Source: Octopus sinensis
Lineage: Eukaryota
Assembly: GCF_006345805.1 (NCBI RefSeq)
Contig: NC_043019.1
Coordinates: 18,599,360 to 18,663,359 of the forward strand
DNA length: 64,000 bases
Direction of reading: 5' to 3'
The translations under genes were made by a program, and so were the position numbers. The notes below the pieces were generated by a model. The model did not search any database and was not told the DNA's origin. It was given only the letters and a program-made list of their open reading frames with translations. This document shows, piece after piece, positions 26,401-39,007 of the stretch (its first letter is position 1; every line of letters starts with the position of its first letter).

Positions 26401-29400
26401 CGATGCCTAGCAATTTTAGGGGAGGGGCTAAATCGATTACATCGACCCCAGTGGTCCTTATTTTATCTATCCCAGAAAGGAAGCAAGGTCGACCTGGGCG
26501 AGATTTGAACTCAGAATATACAGAACCGAAAGAAATGCCGTTAAGCATTTAGTCTGAGGCGTTAACGATTCTACCAACTTGCGGTCGCCAAAACGAGATC
26601 ATACAAGCTACCGATTGACGAAAGTGAAAGTAGAGACATTCTAACCTCTCATCATCACTCGAGTTACACTCCGCAGGAAGTGATGCAGTCCATTGCTGCA
26701 GTGGTGCGGAGAAGAGTCACTGTGTGTGTGTGTGTGTGTGTGCGTGCGTGCGGGCGCGCGTGTGCGCGCGCGCGAATGCGTGTTCCCGGTAGCTTTATGC
26801 GAAGTTTATACTAAGAAGGAAGAGATTTTCTAACAAAACCCACAACAGAGATTTCCAAATTAGTTTTAAATGATTACAAACTAAAAAAAAAGAAAAGAGA
26901 AAAGTTCAACAGATTCAAGTTTATAAAAAGTAGCGAAAAGTTTTCAAAAACAAGTGGATTGTGTTTGAAAGAAGCCCAAAATGAATATTTTTTGCTAAAT
27001 TAATAGAGAGCGTGCGCGCGCGCGAGTGCGTGTGTGTTTATATGAAATTACACATAAAAACAATTTAACATTAAACTGATGGCCGACTCAAGACATTTTA
27101 GTAGAGAACATATTTATCAACTTCTACAAGGAAAAGGTTGAGAGTATCTTGGAAGTTTCGGCCTGCTTGCCTTCATCATACTCAACCTGGATTCTTATTG
27201 ACTTTATATGGTTTTGGGTAAGATATTTTCTGGTGTGGGGTAAATAGGGAAAGTAGCTGTGTAGGAAGGGGGAGAACTGAGGAGGAAAAGAAAGTGTGAT
27301 TGTGGGGTATAGGGTGATATAAAGTTATAACGAGATTTATTCTGGTTTGATACAGGAATTGTTATTGTTTAGGGTTCAGTCAGGCGTGAAAGTAAAGGTA
27401 TAAACAGATGCGCCAAATGCAGCTCACGACATTCTTTGTATAGAAAGTTGGGTTTTGTTGTGATTTAGGGTAAAGTAGAGCGCAGTGATGAAGGCGAACA
27501 AGCTGCGACTTCGAAGTCACTGTTTCTTTGCATGTGTGTGTACGTATGTGTGCCGCTAGTCTGAGTGAGTGAAACATTTGCATGTATTCTGGAATGGGAT
27601 AGCGGAACGGTATGAACGCCACAAAACCCTATTGTGCAATAATTCTACTGCAATACATATTTATGTGAACACATAAATATGTATTGCGTTTAAGTGATAT
27701 CGTCAGATCGTGTATTCATACATTTGAATATTAAGCAATGCTTGTTAATATCTAAATAACTTGCTAAAAAGGCGACATTTCAGAGAGAGATAGGGGGGAG
27801 AGGGGGAAATATTATTTAGCTTAATAATTATTGATAGAATAAATTCAAACTTTCGTTTCTGCGATGCCAGAGTGGAACAATGAAGCAATCAATCGAACAA
27901 AGCAGACAATACAGTGGCACATAATTTTCTGGTGGTTGGATTTTATAGCAATACGAAGACGGCGGTGGCGGTGGCGGTGGTTCACATCTCATTATTTCCC
28001 ATTAGTGGTTGTTAGCTCGTAGTGTTCAATATTTATTGTTTTAAAAGCTTAATCAAAAGAGGAAGAGCAGTGCTCATAACCCTTTTCAGAAGTTTCCATG
28101 ACCGGCGGAGCGGGGATTTGGTCAATAGCTGACTAGGTGGGGGCGAGAAGGGCGAAGCGCCTCGGGCGACGCTTTTATTAGGGGCGTAACTGTTAGGTCT
28201 GCATAAGCCTATATATACTTGAGGGCACGGGGAGGAGGGAACAGCAAACTCAAGGGCCTCCCCAGGCGGAACACACACTCAAGTTTCTCCACTGCATCTG
28301 GTCAGAATATTTGCAACAAAGTGAGAAATACATCCAAGAATCTGGCGATTGGTGCAGAACCGTATGACGGATTAAATCTATAAATCACGGGTAGAAGCGG
28401 CCCTTGCGATTGGCTGCAGGGCATTTGTCACCTCTACCAAATTTCTGTCACAAGATTCTGGTCGACCAGAAGTTATAATAAAAAAAGGCATCTGACGAAG
28501 ACGTTACTGGAGTGGAATTGAACGAGACCCCATGTAAATGCGAAACGGACTTCTTAATAAGGCCAGTCTGGTTCTCTCAGACACAATGAGACATTAAGAG
28601 AATCCTAAAAAGATGGATGGTCTCAGCTTTTTCCTTTCCTTTCTTTCTTACTATACAAGTTGCATACAGCAGAAGTCGACAGATCCACCCTGGTCTTACC
28701 ACACACACACACACACACTGCAGTAATTAAGTTTTTCGTGTCGCAGACTTTCTTATTCCCGAAATCTAGCACAAAGTGAAAACTGAAGACACTTCTGTTC
28801 ATAAATTTATATCCACAACAGCAACGAAGCGAAGGAGATCCTAACGTAATCGCTCGACCTGCTAGAAATAGCATCTGAATTTCCCTCAACACTTGACTGC
28901 TTTGCATGAAGAAAAAAACATTGGACTCACGACTCAATCACTTTAGATCACAAATCAATCAGCTCTGATCAAGGTTAATAAGGGGGCCAAACACCCTTAA
29001 ATATGAGCCTTGCTTTGCATCCATTTCCATGCGTGACATCACCTTGGACAAGTGTCTATTAATAAAGCCCCGAATCAACTAATGACTTGAGAGCGAATTT
29101 GGTAGGCGGGAACAGTGTGGAAGCCCGTCGTATATGTATGTGTTTGTCACCCACCACCACTTGACAACCAGTGTTGGTTTGTTTACGTCACTGTAATTTA
29201 GAAGTTTGGCAAAAAAAAAAGCGATAGAATAAGTACCAAACTTTAAGATAAGCACCAGGGGTGAATTGGTTCAACCAACCTCTTCAAGGTGGTGTCTCAA
29301 TACGACCACAATCTAGTAAAAGATAAAAGGCGTGGGTGCCGCTGGAATGTCAAGGACCACAACCGACAAGAAGTTATAAACAACAACATCAACGACGGAA

Positions 29401-30670
29401 CCAGGGAGCTTCTATATGGTCACTCGACTCGCTAGAAATAGCAACCAAAATCTATCAAATCTATCTTGAATCAAACATTGCTTTAACATTGTGCAATACA
29501 ACTTCGAAATGTCTTTGACCACAGTTCCGCTCGACCAGATCAGACCTGGGGTTAAATAATAACTTCTACGTAATCTTATTGTGATGCCAGAGCAACGAAG
29601 AACAAAAATCGAACCCGGAAAGAATTTGACATCGGAAAGTAAAGGAACGAAAAATGAAACAAAATTCCGAGCTCTGTCGTGTCCATTGCACTGGGTTTGG
29701 GGGCATCCGCTGCGGGAGGCCCTTTTGGGTCAACTGTAAAAACCAGTATAAGGGGAGGCATGAAGATGACAAATTCTAGGGTGGTCCTATGCAGCACACA
29801 TTAGCTACGCCATTATGCCATGTCACAAATTTGTAGGATGTGTCAGTTAATTGCATCGACTCCAGTATATGACTGGTACGAAAGCAGCGAGGTAAAGGAG
29901 TGAACGTAAATTAAAACCAATTGATCTGACGCTCCATCGCCTTGGGGGCGGGGGGGGGGGCTCATCGATTACATCCACTGCTCAAGTGGAACTTATTTAA
30001 TTTATCGAACCCGAAAGGAAGAAAGACAAAATCAACTCCGGCAGAATTTGAACACAGAATGTAAAGAGCCGGAAGAAGCCCCGCCAAGTATTTGTTTCGG
30101 TGCTCTGACGATTCTGTCAATGCACAGACCCCTGCGACTTCAAGAAATATTTTATAATACAGGTACAAGACCCACAAGGATAATCAATCATATTGATCTC
30201 AGTACTTCACTAATACCTGTTTTAACGATCTGGGAAGAATGAATGACGAAGTCGATCGACTTCAGGAGAATTTGAACTCATAACGTGACTACACTAAACA
30301 CTGAAAATCCATTTGTCCTTCGAGACCTACTGGAAATAATAGCCAAATCTACATCAAATTACAATGGCGGGAGTGAGCTGGGGTAATATAGTTAAGAATA
30401 TGCAAAAAAGACCAGATGGTCACGACAAGAGCAGCAATTTTAGGGGGATGTGGTTGGGGGAGTAAATCGATTACATCGACTGCAGTACTTCATTGGTACT
30501 TTATTCTATCGACCACCACCCCGCAGGGGGGGCGTGAAAGGTGAAGTTCAATCTCGGCAGGATTTGAACTCAGGATGTTAAGAACCGGAAGAAATGCAAT
30601 AATTATAATTTATGTACACACACATTTATATATACATGTTAAATACAGCGTCAACGATTATAATCTTGTT

Positions 30671-30905
30671 ACAAGGCGGCGATCTGGCAGAAACGTTAGC
30701 GCGCCGGGCGAAATGCTTTGCAGTATTTCGTCTGTCGCTACGTTCTGAGTTCAAATTCCGTCGAGGTCGACTTTGCCTTTCATCCTTTCGGGGTTGATAA
30801 ATTAAGTACCAGTTACGCACTGGGGTCGATATAATCGACTTAATCCGTTTGTCTGTCCTTGTTTGTCCCCTCTGTGTTTAGCCCCTTGTGGGTAGTAAAG
30901 AAACA
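30671..30905 (+). mobile_element. Full-length family A SINE with 15-bp target site duplication
   Basis: GATTATAATCTTGTT occurs at 30656-30670 and 30906-30920, flanking an intact SINE. Confidence 0.92.
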
Positions 30906-31394
30906 GATTATAATCTTGTTGAGTTTGTGCACGTAGTGTTGTTCATCGTGTACTGACACCTCTCGCTCAACAGTCTTCGGTCATATGTCATTTAACAGAA
31001 ACTGTCACATCTCTTCCTCCCCCAATAGCGCAAAGGTAAACTTTAGATGGGCGAATAGGGTTTTAGTTTTAACAATCGAACCCAAAGTGACAAGGGAATT
31101 TTTCATCTGTATAAAATACATTACAAGTATGTTAAGGAAAACTTACATCAGAGAAGAAAAAACAAGATGTAGCCAAATGCCTGCAGTTCGGCTTAGTATA
31201 GATTACACAAGTTATGAATATATTTGAACATTGGTTAAATGATCTTTGAGGGGTTTTAGAGGAGTTCGCAGATGGAAGCATTTCGTCCAGGTCTCCAGTT
31301 TGAAGATAACCTTCTCTTGCCAGTCACAGAAACCCTGAAAAGTCAGAGGAAGCCCAGCTTCGTCTGGTTTAAGCTAATAACTCGGGTGCGCGCA

Positions 31395-31812
31395 CAGGCG
31401 TGGCTGTGTGGTAAGAAGCTCGCTTCCCAGCCACATGCTTTGAGGGTTCAGTCCCACTGTGTGACACCTTGGGCAAGTGTCTACTACTATAGCCCTGAGT
31501 CAATCGAAGCCTTGTGAGTAGATTTGGCAGACGGGAACTGAAAGAAGCCCATCTATATCTAACTCTGTGCGTGTATGTGTGTGCTACTGTCTCTTTGCCT
31601 TCACATCGCATGATAGTTTTACGCGAGTGTCACCGTCATGCAAGCGGTGTCCTCTGTTCCGAGTATTCCGTGAAAAACATGTCTCGCCATGAGGAAATAT
31701 TACCTTACTTGAAACCAGGTGGAGATTGGCGACAGGGAAGGCATCCGGCTGTCGAAAATTCCGTCCGACTCATGCCAGCATGGAAAAGCGAACATGAAGA
31801 CGATGATGATCA
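31395..31812 (+). mobile_element. Family B-headed SINE ending in an RTE-type 3' tail
   Basis: Family B head and CCTTGGGCAAGTG core, but it ends GGCGACAGGGAAGGCATCCGGCTGT...CATGCCAGCATGGAAAAGCGAACATGAAGACGATGATGAT. Confidence 0.7.
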
Positions 31813-32002
31813 TGCAAACGTACACACACAAAGGTTAGATAGCATGCGTGGTTGGTTAGTTCAGCTGTGGATCAATCATACTTTCCCCCCATTGCTGTAG
31901 TTCTTCCAATTAAACAGCAGACAACCAGTAACTGGGAGACGAAATATCTACGTTACCTGACATGAATTACTCGTTTATTTTAATCCTTGATTCGCAAGCA
32001 GT

Positions 32003-32094
<92 letters not shown>

Positions 32095-33646
32095 GAATTG
32101 TGAAGTTCGGTGAGGGCTTCAGTTCTACCTATTCTGTGATAACGAATTGCAAATAAAATGAGTTGAGATGAGGCCCCTTGGCAATGTTAAATGGTCAGAT
32201 GTGACAGCGTCGGTGACGGGACATGAATCACAGACGAGCTTATGGTACTTAGCCATCTGCAGTTGACGGTCATTAAAAGGAGAGAGGAGGTCTTAAGTGT
32301 CGAACAAAAAACTCGAAAGTAAATATTTAGACGAAAAGAAGGTTCGTTAAAATATGTTAGAAGTGAAAAAGTGATGGGAGAAATAAGAACATCTGATCAA
32401 TAATTATTTTCTCAAGAATTATAAATTCAGGTTCAAAAGCGTTCCTCATGTGGCTACACAAAATAGTCTGAAACTCTCTCATACCACATTATGTAGTTTT
32501 GTTCATTAAGGGGGGGGGGGTTAATAAATAAGTTTTACGCAAGAACAGTGAGAATAAAACTATTTTCTCATTTCAAATCCACTATAATTAAAAAAGTACC
32601 TAATTAAGAATTGATTACATGATATTGCTTACATTATATATGTTTGCTTTTTTAATTTTATTTTTTTAAGGTCGAACTTGAATTAATACACATGATAGGG
32701 CAACAAGCGCATACATACAATTTCAGACACACATACACACACACATCTGATTGCGCGCTCGCATTCATATATAACAAACAAATTACTGTGTAAGCTTGTA
32801 TTACAGGCACTATATTACCACTTCCTTGCTAAGCATTTGTATTGTAGAGAAAATATACTAAACACTCTCACAGTCAACAATATTTGGTATATGAGAAGAT
32901 TCGAAAGAAGACCAACTGAAAGAATTCGATATGATTATACCTGTGACACACATTTTAAAAACAATAAATATCAATTAATAATAATAATAATAATAATAAT
33001 GATGATAATATTTCTACAGGGGATAGATGATGAGGAGGGGATGTTAAAGAGGAGCGGGTTGAAAAAGTAAGGGGAATGGAGGTCTAAATAGACGAAATGT
33101 TGTTTTTTTTAAATGTAAAATAGTATAAATGCTACTGTTTTAAGTGGAAGTGGGTGGGTGCCAAGAAATTATAATGACTGGAATAAGGAGTGATGGCAAG
33201 TTTGGATTGGGATGCAGTGACAATCATGCTCTCTTCCTTCATTTCATCTCTCTCTTTCCACACACATAGAAGCAGAAAGTCTTGAAACTTGGCTACTCCT
33301 ATTCTACACAAAATTATGTTGCAAGGAAATATATAACTACTTCATATTTGATGTATGATGAAGCTGATGGCGATGATGACAATTATGACGGTGGCGGCGG
33401 CGCGTATTTGCTCGTATCTGTGTTGACACACACACACACATTGATGATAGATAGAGAGATAGAGAGAGAGAGACAGACAGACAGAGAACGTATGCTGTGA
33501 GTGTATGCATCGCGTGGAAGTCCTTTTCACGCAGCACTACACCTTGTGACGCTCGTGTGTGTATGTATGGATGCTATAGTGTGTGTGTGCGCGGGCGCGA
33601 GCACAGGTGGTGTGAAGCACTACATATGAAGAACACTAGACCTTAC

Positions 33647-33955
33647 CCGGAGTCTGTCTGTGTGGGTTATGGTATGTGTTTCCACGTCCTCCTCCTCTTC
33701 TAATTTACGGCTGAAATACTGTTCATCTTCCGAAACATGTCCGTCATACACCAGATATCCGGGTAAACGGCAAGCAGAGAAAAGGACAACGGAGTGTTGG
33801 AGTGCATGGTATACACACCGGCTGCAACTGGTTAAGAGTGATGGATGGATGTAGAGGAGTGCGTGTTCAGGCAGCTGTATGTCCGTGTATGCGATGGGTA
33901 TCAACGGCACAAGTGTCCATAAATCAGATGAAACATGTTCCAAATGACAACGGAA
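33647..33955 (-). CDS. Candidate internal exon (309 nt, phase 0-0, one stop-free frame); product unknown, could be UTR
   Basis: (CT)n tract plus CACCGCACAG acceptor and CGG|GTAAGG donor. 103 stop-free codons (FRCHLEH...SEDEQYFSRKLEEEEDVETHTITHTDRLR). No recognisable domain. Confidence 0.35.
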
Positions 33956-34999
33956 CTGTGCGGTGAGAGAGAGAGAGAGAGAGAGACAAGCACTTGAAAC
34001 GAAGCGAAAACGAGGTAGAGAAATGAGAAAGACTGGGCGAAAAGAGTGAGAGAGAGAGAGAGAGAGAGAGAATGAGGAAGGGTGGAAATGAAGGAGACAA
34101 GAAGATCGGCAGAGAAGCGACAGATAGGAAAGGGTGGAGGGTAGGAGAATGAATGAAAGTTGGGTGTGAGAAAAGCAACAGAGTGAGTAAGGGAGAGAGA
34201 GAGAAGAGAACACGAGGAAAAATAAAGAGAGAAAAAGATTCTAAATAAAAGAACATGAGAGAGAGAGAGGGAAAAGGAGAGAGCACGAGTGAGAAAGTGT
34301 AAGAGGAAGAAAAATAAGTTGAAGGGGAGGAGGAGGGGAAGAATGGAAAGAGAGAGAGAAAAGAGAAGAGGCGGAAAAGCAAGAGAATATATAGGAGGGT
34401 AAAATAGTAGATTTTAGAGATCAATAGTCACCAATATTGTGGATTAGTAAGTGAAGAGAGAAACGTCATGCTCTTACCTAGTTTTGAATAGCTAAACCAG
34501 AAGGTGCCACTCATTGCAATCTGTAATGGTGAAAAATTGTGTGATTAACGTTTCGTTAGCTTATACAGTAATGAGTTTAAGTACCAGAAATCTAATGCAC
34601 CAAACTCAAATGTATAAACTTCCCCAAAGATTTAATAGAAGAAAAAACGTTGTGGAATCACCAGCATCACATAAAAACACAGTTGTATGAAATGGTTAAT
34701 GAAACTGACTGAAGCAAAAGGTTTCCAGTGTGTTCTGTTTGACTTTGAGTCCTTTGAGACAAGCAGCATTTGTGAAGAGGGTGAGCAAAGAATACATGCA
34801 TCACATGACCTGTAAAACGACTGAGGCAGCCAAAATCCATGGTCTTTTGTCAAGCAGAGCTCGATAAACCTTGTTGAATTATCTCGCTCCTCAATTCATA
34901 AGATTCTCTCAGAAATTAATCCACCAACAAATCCCTTCCTATGCTGCCACTCACTACTTCCAATTAAGCGCTCCACATTTCTTCTGGTTAAAATGTCAC

Positions 35000-35230
35000 A
35001 GGAAAGGATTACAAGGTGGATTCCTCAAGCCAGGCCAACTGGCAAGAAGAGACATAGAACTAAGAATGAGATGGTTGGATGACATCCATAGTCTCAGTTG
35101 GATACACTTGAGGATCCAGCCAAAAAGTGTAATGACAGTTGCTTCTATGGAGGAGGTGCCTGAGGACCCTACCCCCATGACCCTTTCAGGAATAGTGGGC
35201 AGCAAAAGTGGATGGATGGATATATCTTGT
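35000..35230 (+). mobile_element. RTE-like LINE 3' coding end fragment
   Basis: RMRWLDDI...WIHLRIQP motif. It shares GGAGGAGGTGCCTGAGGA and flanking sequence with the copy at about 37790-38035. Confidence 0.6.
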
Positions 35231-36883
35231 TTGCCTTTCAGTTATCTATAAGACATAAGCCATCCATTCGTACATGCTCCAACACTTTCAGGTCATCTGT
35301 CCAACGAAATCTTTTCCACCTTCAGTCTTCCAGTTTTTCTAGAAATTCTTGGACCAGAAGATGTAATGGTCTCTGATACAGAGAACCTAACTTGCTCAGA
35401 ACATAGGAGCCTGTTCTGCTTTCTGATGGCAAGAAAAATATTTTACATAACAAAGCTGCTAACCCCACACACAACACCCAGCCTGAAAAATCAGGTCTGT
35501 TTCATAGCCCCAGATAAGTCACAGGTGTCATTATTTGCATTTCCTAGAAGTAGTTCCAACACACAGGTGTATTCAAATCCCCCATCAGACTCACCTCTTC
35601 CAGATCACTTGTCTCACTTCCATCACATACACACACATACATTAGACAGCATCAAAAGGCAATGAACCAGGATGAACATAGCTAAAGAGCAACACAAACC
35701 CTGCATTTGGAGCAACAAGCTTTATATAAAATATTCATAATTATACCCCACTACTATGCTATTCACATCTGTAATTCTGTACAATGTTCTACATACCCGA
35801 AACAACAAGCCATTATATAATTACAATGTGTGCATGCATGTGTATGTATATATATTATATATATAGGCGGAGGAGTGGGTTTGTGCTAAGTAGCATGCTT
35901 ACCAACCACATGGTTCCAGGTTCAGTCCCACTGCATGATACCTTGGGCAAGTGTCTTCTTCTATAGCTTCGGGCCAACCAAAGCCTTGTGAGTGGATTTG
36001 GTAGGCAGACACTGAAAGAAGCCCATTGTATATGTAAGTGTGTGTGTGTTTGTCCCCGCACCATCGCTTGACAAGTGATGTTGGTGTGTTTACATCCCTG
36101 TAACTTAGCGGTTTGGCAAAAGACACTGATAGAATAAGAGCTAGGCTTACAAAAAAGAAGTCCTGGGGTCGATTTGTTCAACTAAAGGCAGTGCTCCAGC
36201 ATGGCCACAGTCAAATGACTGAAACAAATAAAAGAAAATATATATATACTAGCTGGTGTACCCAGTCATTCCCGGAGGTAAAAATGTTTTATTGAAACGC
36301 CTTATATAAGAAAGCAATTTCGTTATAACTGCCACAAAAGGTGTATTTTCCGTGACAAAAAAGTACAAAAAACTGTCAGCTGGGGGAGGGAAAGATTGTT
36401 GGAGGTTGTTGAGAGGGGTTTTCGGAGGTTGGAGAGAAAGACTGTCAGAGGTTGGCGAGAGGCAAAGACATTATTCTGCTTAGCGAAGGCATCTGGGAAA
36501 TGTATAACTGCTGTCATTTACAGAAAAACTATTGCTTTACTATGAGAAAAGCACTGTTGAAGTGTTGATTGAAATTTGGCAATCGAGGATTGAATCCACG
36601 CTCTGCCTGCATGAAGCCATTACAAATACGTTGTGGAATAAAAAATTTATCTACTGTCATGGAAAAAGTGAAACTAAAAATGCAGAATTATCGAAGTAAC
36701 AGGCATTCAAAAAAGTATGTATGTATAGGTGCAGGTAAGTAGCTTGCTTACCAACCACATGGTTCTGGGTTCAGTCCCACTGTGTGGCACCTTGGGCAAG
36801 TGTCTTCTACTATAGCCTCAGGCCGACCAAAGCCTTGTGATTGGATTTGGTAAACGGAAACTGAAAGAAGCCCGTCGTATATG

Positions 36884-36944
<61 letters not shown>

Positions 36945-37641
36945 TTATGTGTTTGTGTTTGTCCCCCCCACACACACACAACATCGCTTGACAACTGATG
37001 ATGGTGTGTTTATGTCCCCGTAACTTAGCGGTTCAGCAAAAGAGACCAATAGAATAAGTACTAGGCTTAAAAAGAAAAAGTCCTGGGGTTGATTTGCTCG
37101 ACTAAAGGCGGTGCTCCAGCATGGCCACAGTCAAATGACTGAAACAAGTAAAAGAGTATAGAAATGTATGAATGAAGTCTTTAATGTTTAAGATTCAAAT
37201 TAAGGAAGTGCAATAATAAATGTTGGTAGTTGAAAACTGTGAGTAGTGAAATGCAGAATTAGGTCAGCTGATTGTGAGAAGGATCCATTGGAAGGGCCCT
37301 ATTATCAATTTTTTTCAACAATCTAAGTATGTCATGAGGTTTCTAGACAGGAGTTCTACTCACGTGTCAAATAAAGTATAAAATTGATATTGTCGGCAAA
37401 AATTAGAAAGAGGACACAAAAAAATCAATATTCAAAGTAATTGAATGTAAACAATGAAATGGGTTATTTCTCTTGAATGCTTAAAAAAGTATTGTATAGG
37501 TGCTATGGATTATTTCCCTTGAATATTTAAAATAAAATAGTTATATGAGGTAGATATAAAGGTCCCTTCCAGGGCTGTATTATCGATTTCTTTCAACAAT
37601 CTAAGTATGTCACGAGGTTTCCAGACATGGGTTCTACTCAC

Positions 37642-37713
37642 GTCGCAAGTTTCAACGATGTAGGAGGAGGCAGCTAACAACGCCACAAACAAACACACAC
37701 CAATTTTCCACAT
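37642..37713 (-). CDS. Candidate signal-peptide exon (or first 24 codons of a 67-aa single-exon ORF ending at 37510)
   Basis: ATG at 37713 gives MWKIGVCLFVALLAASSYIVETCD, directly followed by GTGAGT. A CATAAAAG TATA-like box is about 40 nt upstream. Confidence 0.4.
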
Positions 37714-37789
37714 ATGTAGTAGATAATATATATATCCAGTACAAGCCTTGACTTTTATGCATTGAGAGGTCACAGCTCTAGTACTGCAG

Positions 37790-38035
37790 ACATGTGATGA
37801 GAATATTACAGGAAAGAATTACAAGACAAATTCTTCAAACTGAGCCAACCACCAGAAGACTCAGGGACCAATCAAGAATGAAATGGGTTGATAGTATCCG
37901 TAGTTTTATTCGGTCACACTTGGGAATCCAGATGGAAAGTCTAATGATAGTTGATTCTGATAGGATGCCATGGAGGAGGTGCCTGAGGATTCTACTAGCA
38001 AGACTCTACAAGGAATATTGGGTGGCAAAATGGAT
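37790..38035 (+). mobile_element. RTE-like LINE 3' coding end fragment
   Basis: ERITRQIL...RDQSRMKWVDSI...LGIQ....DRMPWRRCL matches the RTE C-terminal pattern R.RW.D.I...LGI......DR..WR. Confidence 0.7.
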
Positions 38036-38043
38036 GAATATAC

Positions 38044-38081
<38 letters not shown>

Positions 38082-38092
38082 TCAAAACCATT

Positions 38093-38254
38093 TACCGTAT
38101 TGTAACGTGTATAAGGAACTCCCTAAGTTTTGGGGCTTAAAATTTGGAAAAAAGGTTTTGTAAGGTATAATACTATCCATGTATAAGAAAATCCCATATT
38201 TTTAAACCTAATTTTTGACAAAAAAGGGTTCTTTTTACACATTAAAATACAGTA
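38093..38254. mobile_element. Tigger/pogo-like MITE remnant
   Basis: TA-CCGTATTGTAACGTGTATAAG ... TTTTTACACATTAAAATACAG-TA: imperfect TIRs with TA flanks. Confidence 0.5.
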
Positions 38255-38600
38255 ATTTGAAGATTAAAACAAAAAATTATTTTATATGAGACTTCATTAA
38301 TAAACAGACAAACAGTGATTTAGCTCACAGCATTCAATTATTGAACATTCCTAATTGGAAAGAATAAATAAAATTGAATATTAAGTATTTATGGAATTTT
38401 GATTTACTGTCGGGTGACTTTTGGCCAACCCTGTATACAGGTGCAGGAGGGGCTGTGTGGTAAGGGGCTTCCTTCCCAACTACATGGTCCTGGGTTCAGA
38501 CCCACAGTGTGGCACCTTGAGCAAGTGTCTTCTACTATAGCTTCGGGCTGACAAAATCCTTGTGAGTGGATTTGGTAAGCAGAAGCTGAAAGAAGCCTGT

Positions 38601-38650
<50 letters not shown>

Positions 38651-38971
38651 TATAAATATATATACATATGTATGTATGTATGTATATATGTATGTATATG
38701 TTTTTGTACCTGTGTTTGTACCCCTACCATCACTTGACAACCGATGTTGGTGTGTTTATGTCCCCCGTAACTCAACAGTTCAGCAAAAGAGACCAATACA
38801 ATAAGTACTAGGCTTACAAGGAATAAGTCCTGGGGCCAATTTGTTTGACTAAATGTGGTGCTCCAGTATGCCCACAGTCAAATGACTGAAACAAGTAAAA
38901 GAATAAATATATATTAGACTGCTAGCCACTAAACCTTTTTCTATTTTCTCTCCCTGTTTATTTCTGTGTTC

Positions 38972-39007
38972 CTTTCTGTTGAAGAGCGTTGGCTCGAAAC
39001 GTAAAAG
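38972..39007 (+). ncRNA. Hammerhead-like motif (variant core CUGUUGA), Penelope-type minimal architecture
   Basis: CTTT-CTGTTGA-A-GAGC(GTTG)GCTC-GAAAC-GTA-AAAG: stem I 4 bp, stem II 4 bp, palindromic stem III ACGT, GUA triplet. The conserved A6 is U. Confidence 0.45.

Noticed and set aside
30675-30760. tRNA genes suggested by A/B-box heads (many copies)
   Set aside because: No complete cloverleaf is present; each head continues into a SINE body.
33924-34424. 166-aa hydrophobic ORF resembling a membrane protein
   Set aside because: It is the reverse translation of a GA-rich low-complexity tract (F/L/S bias).
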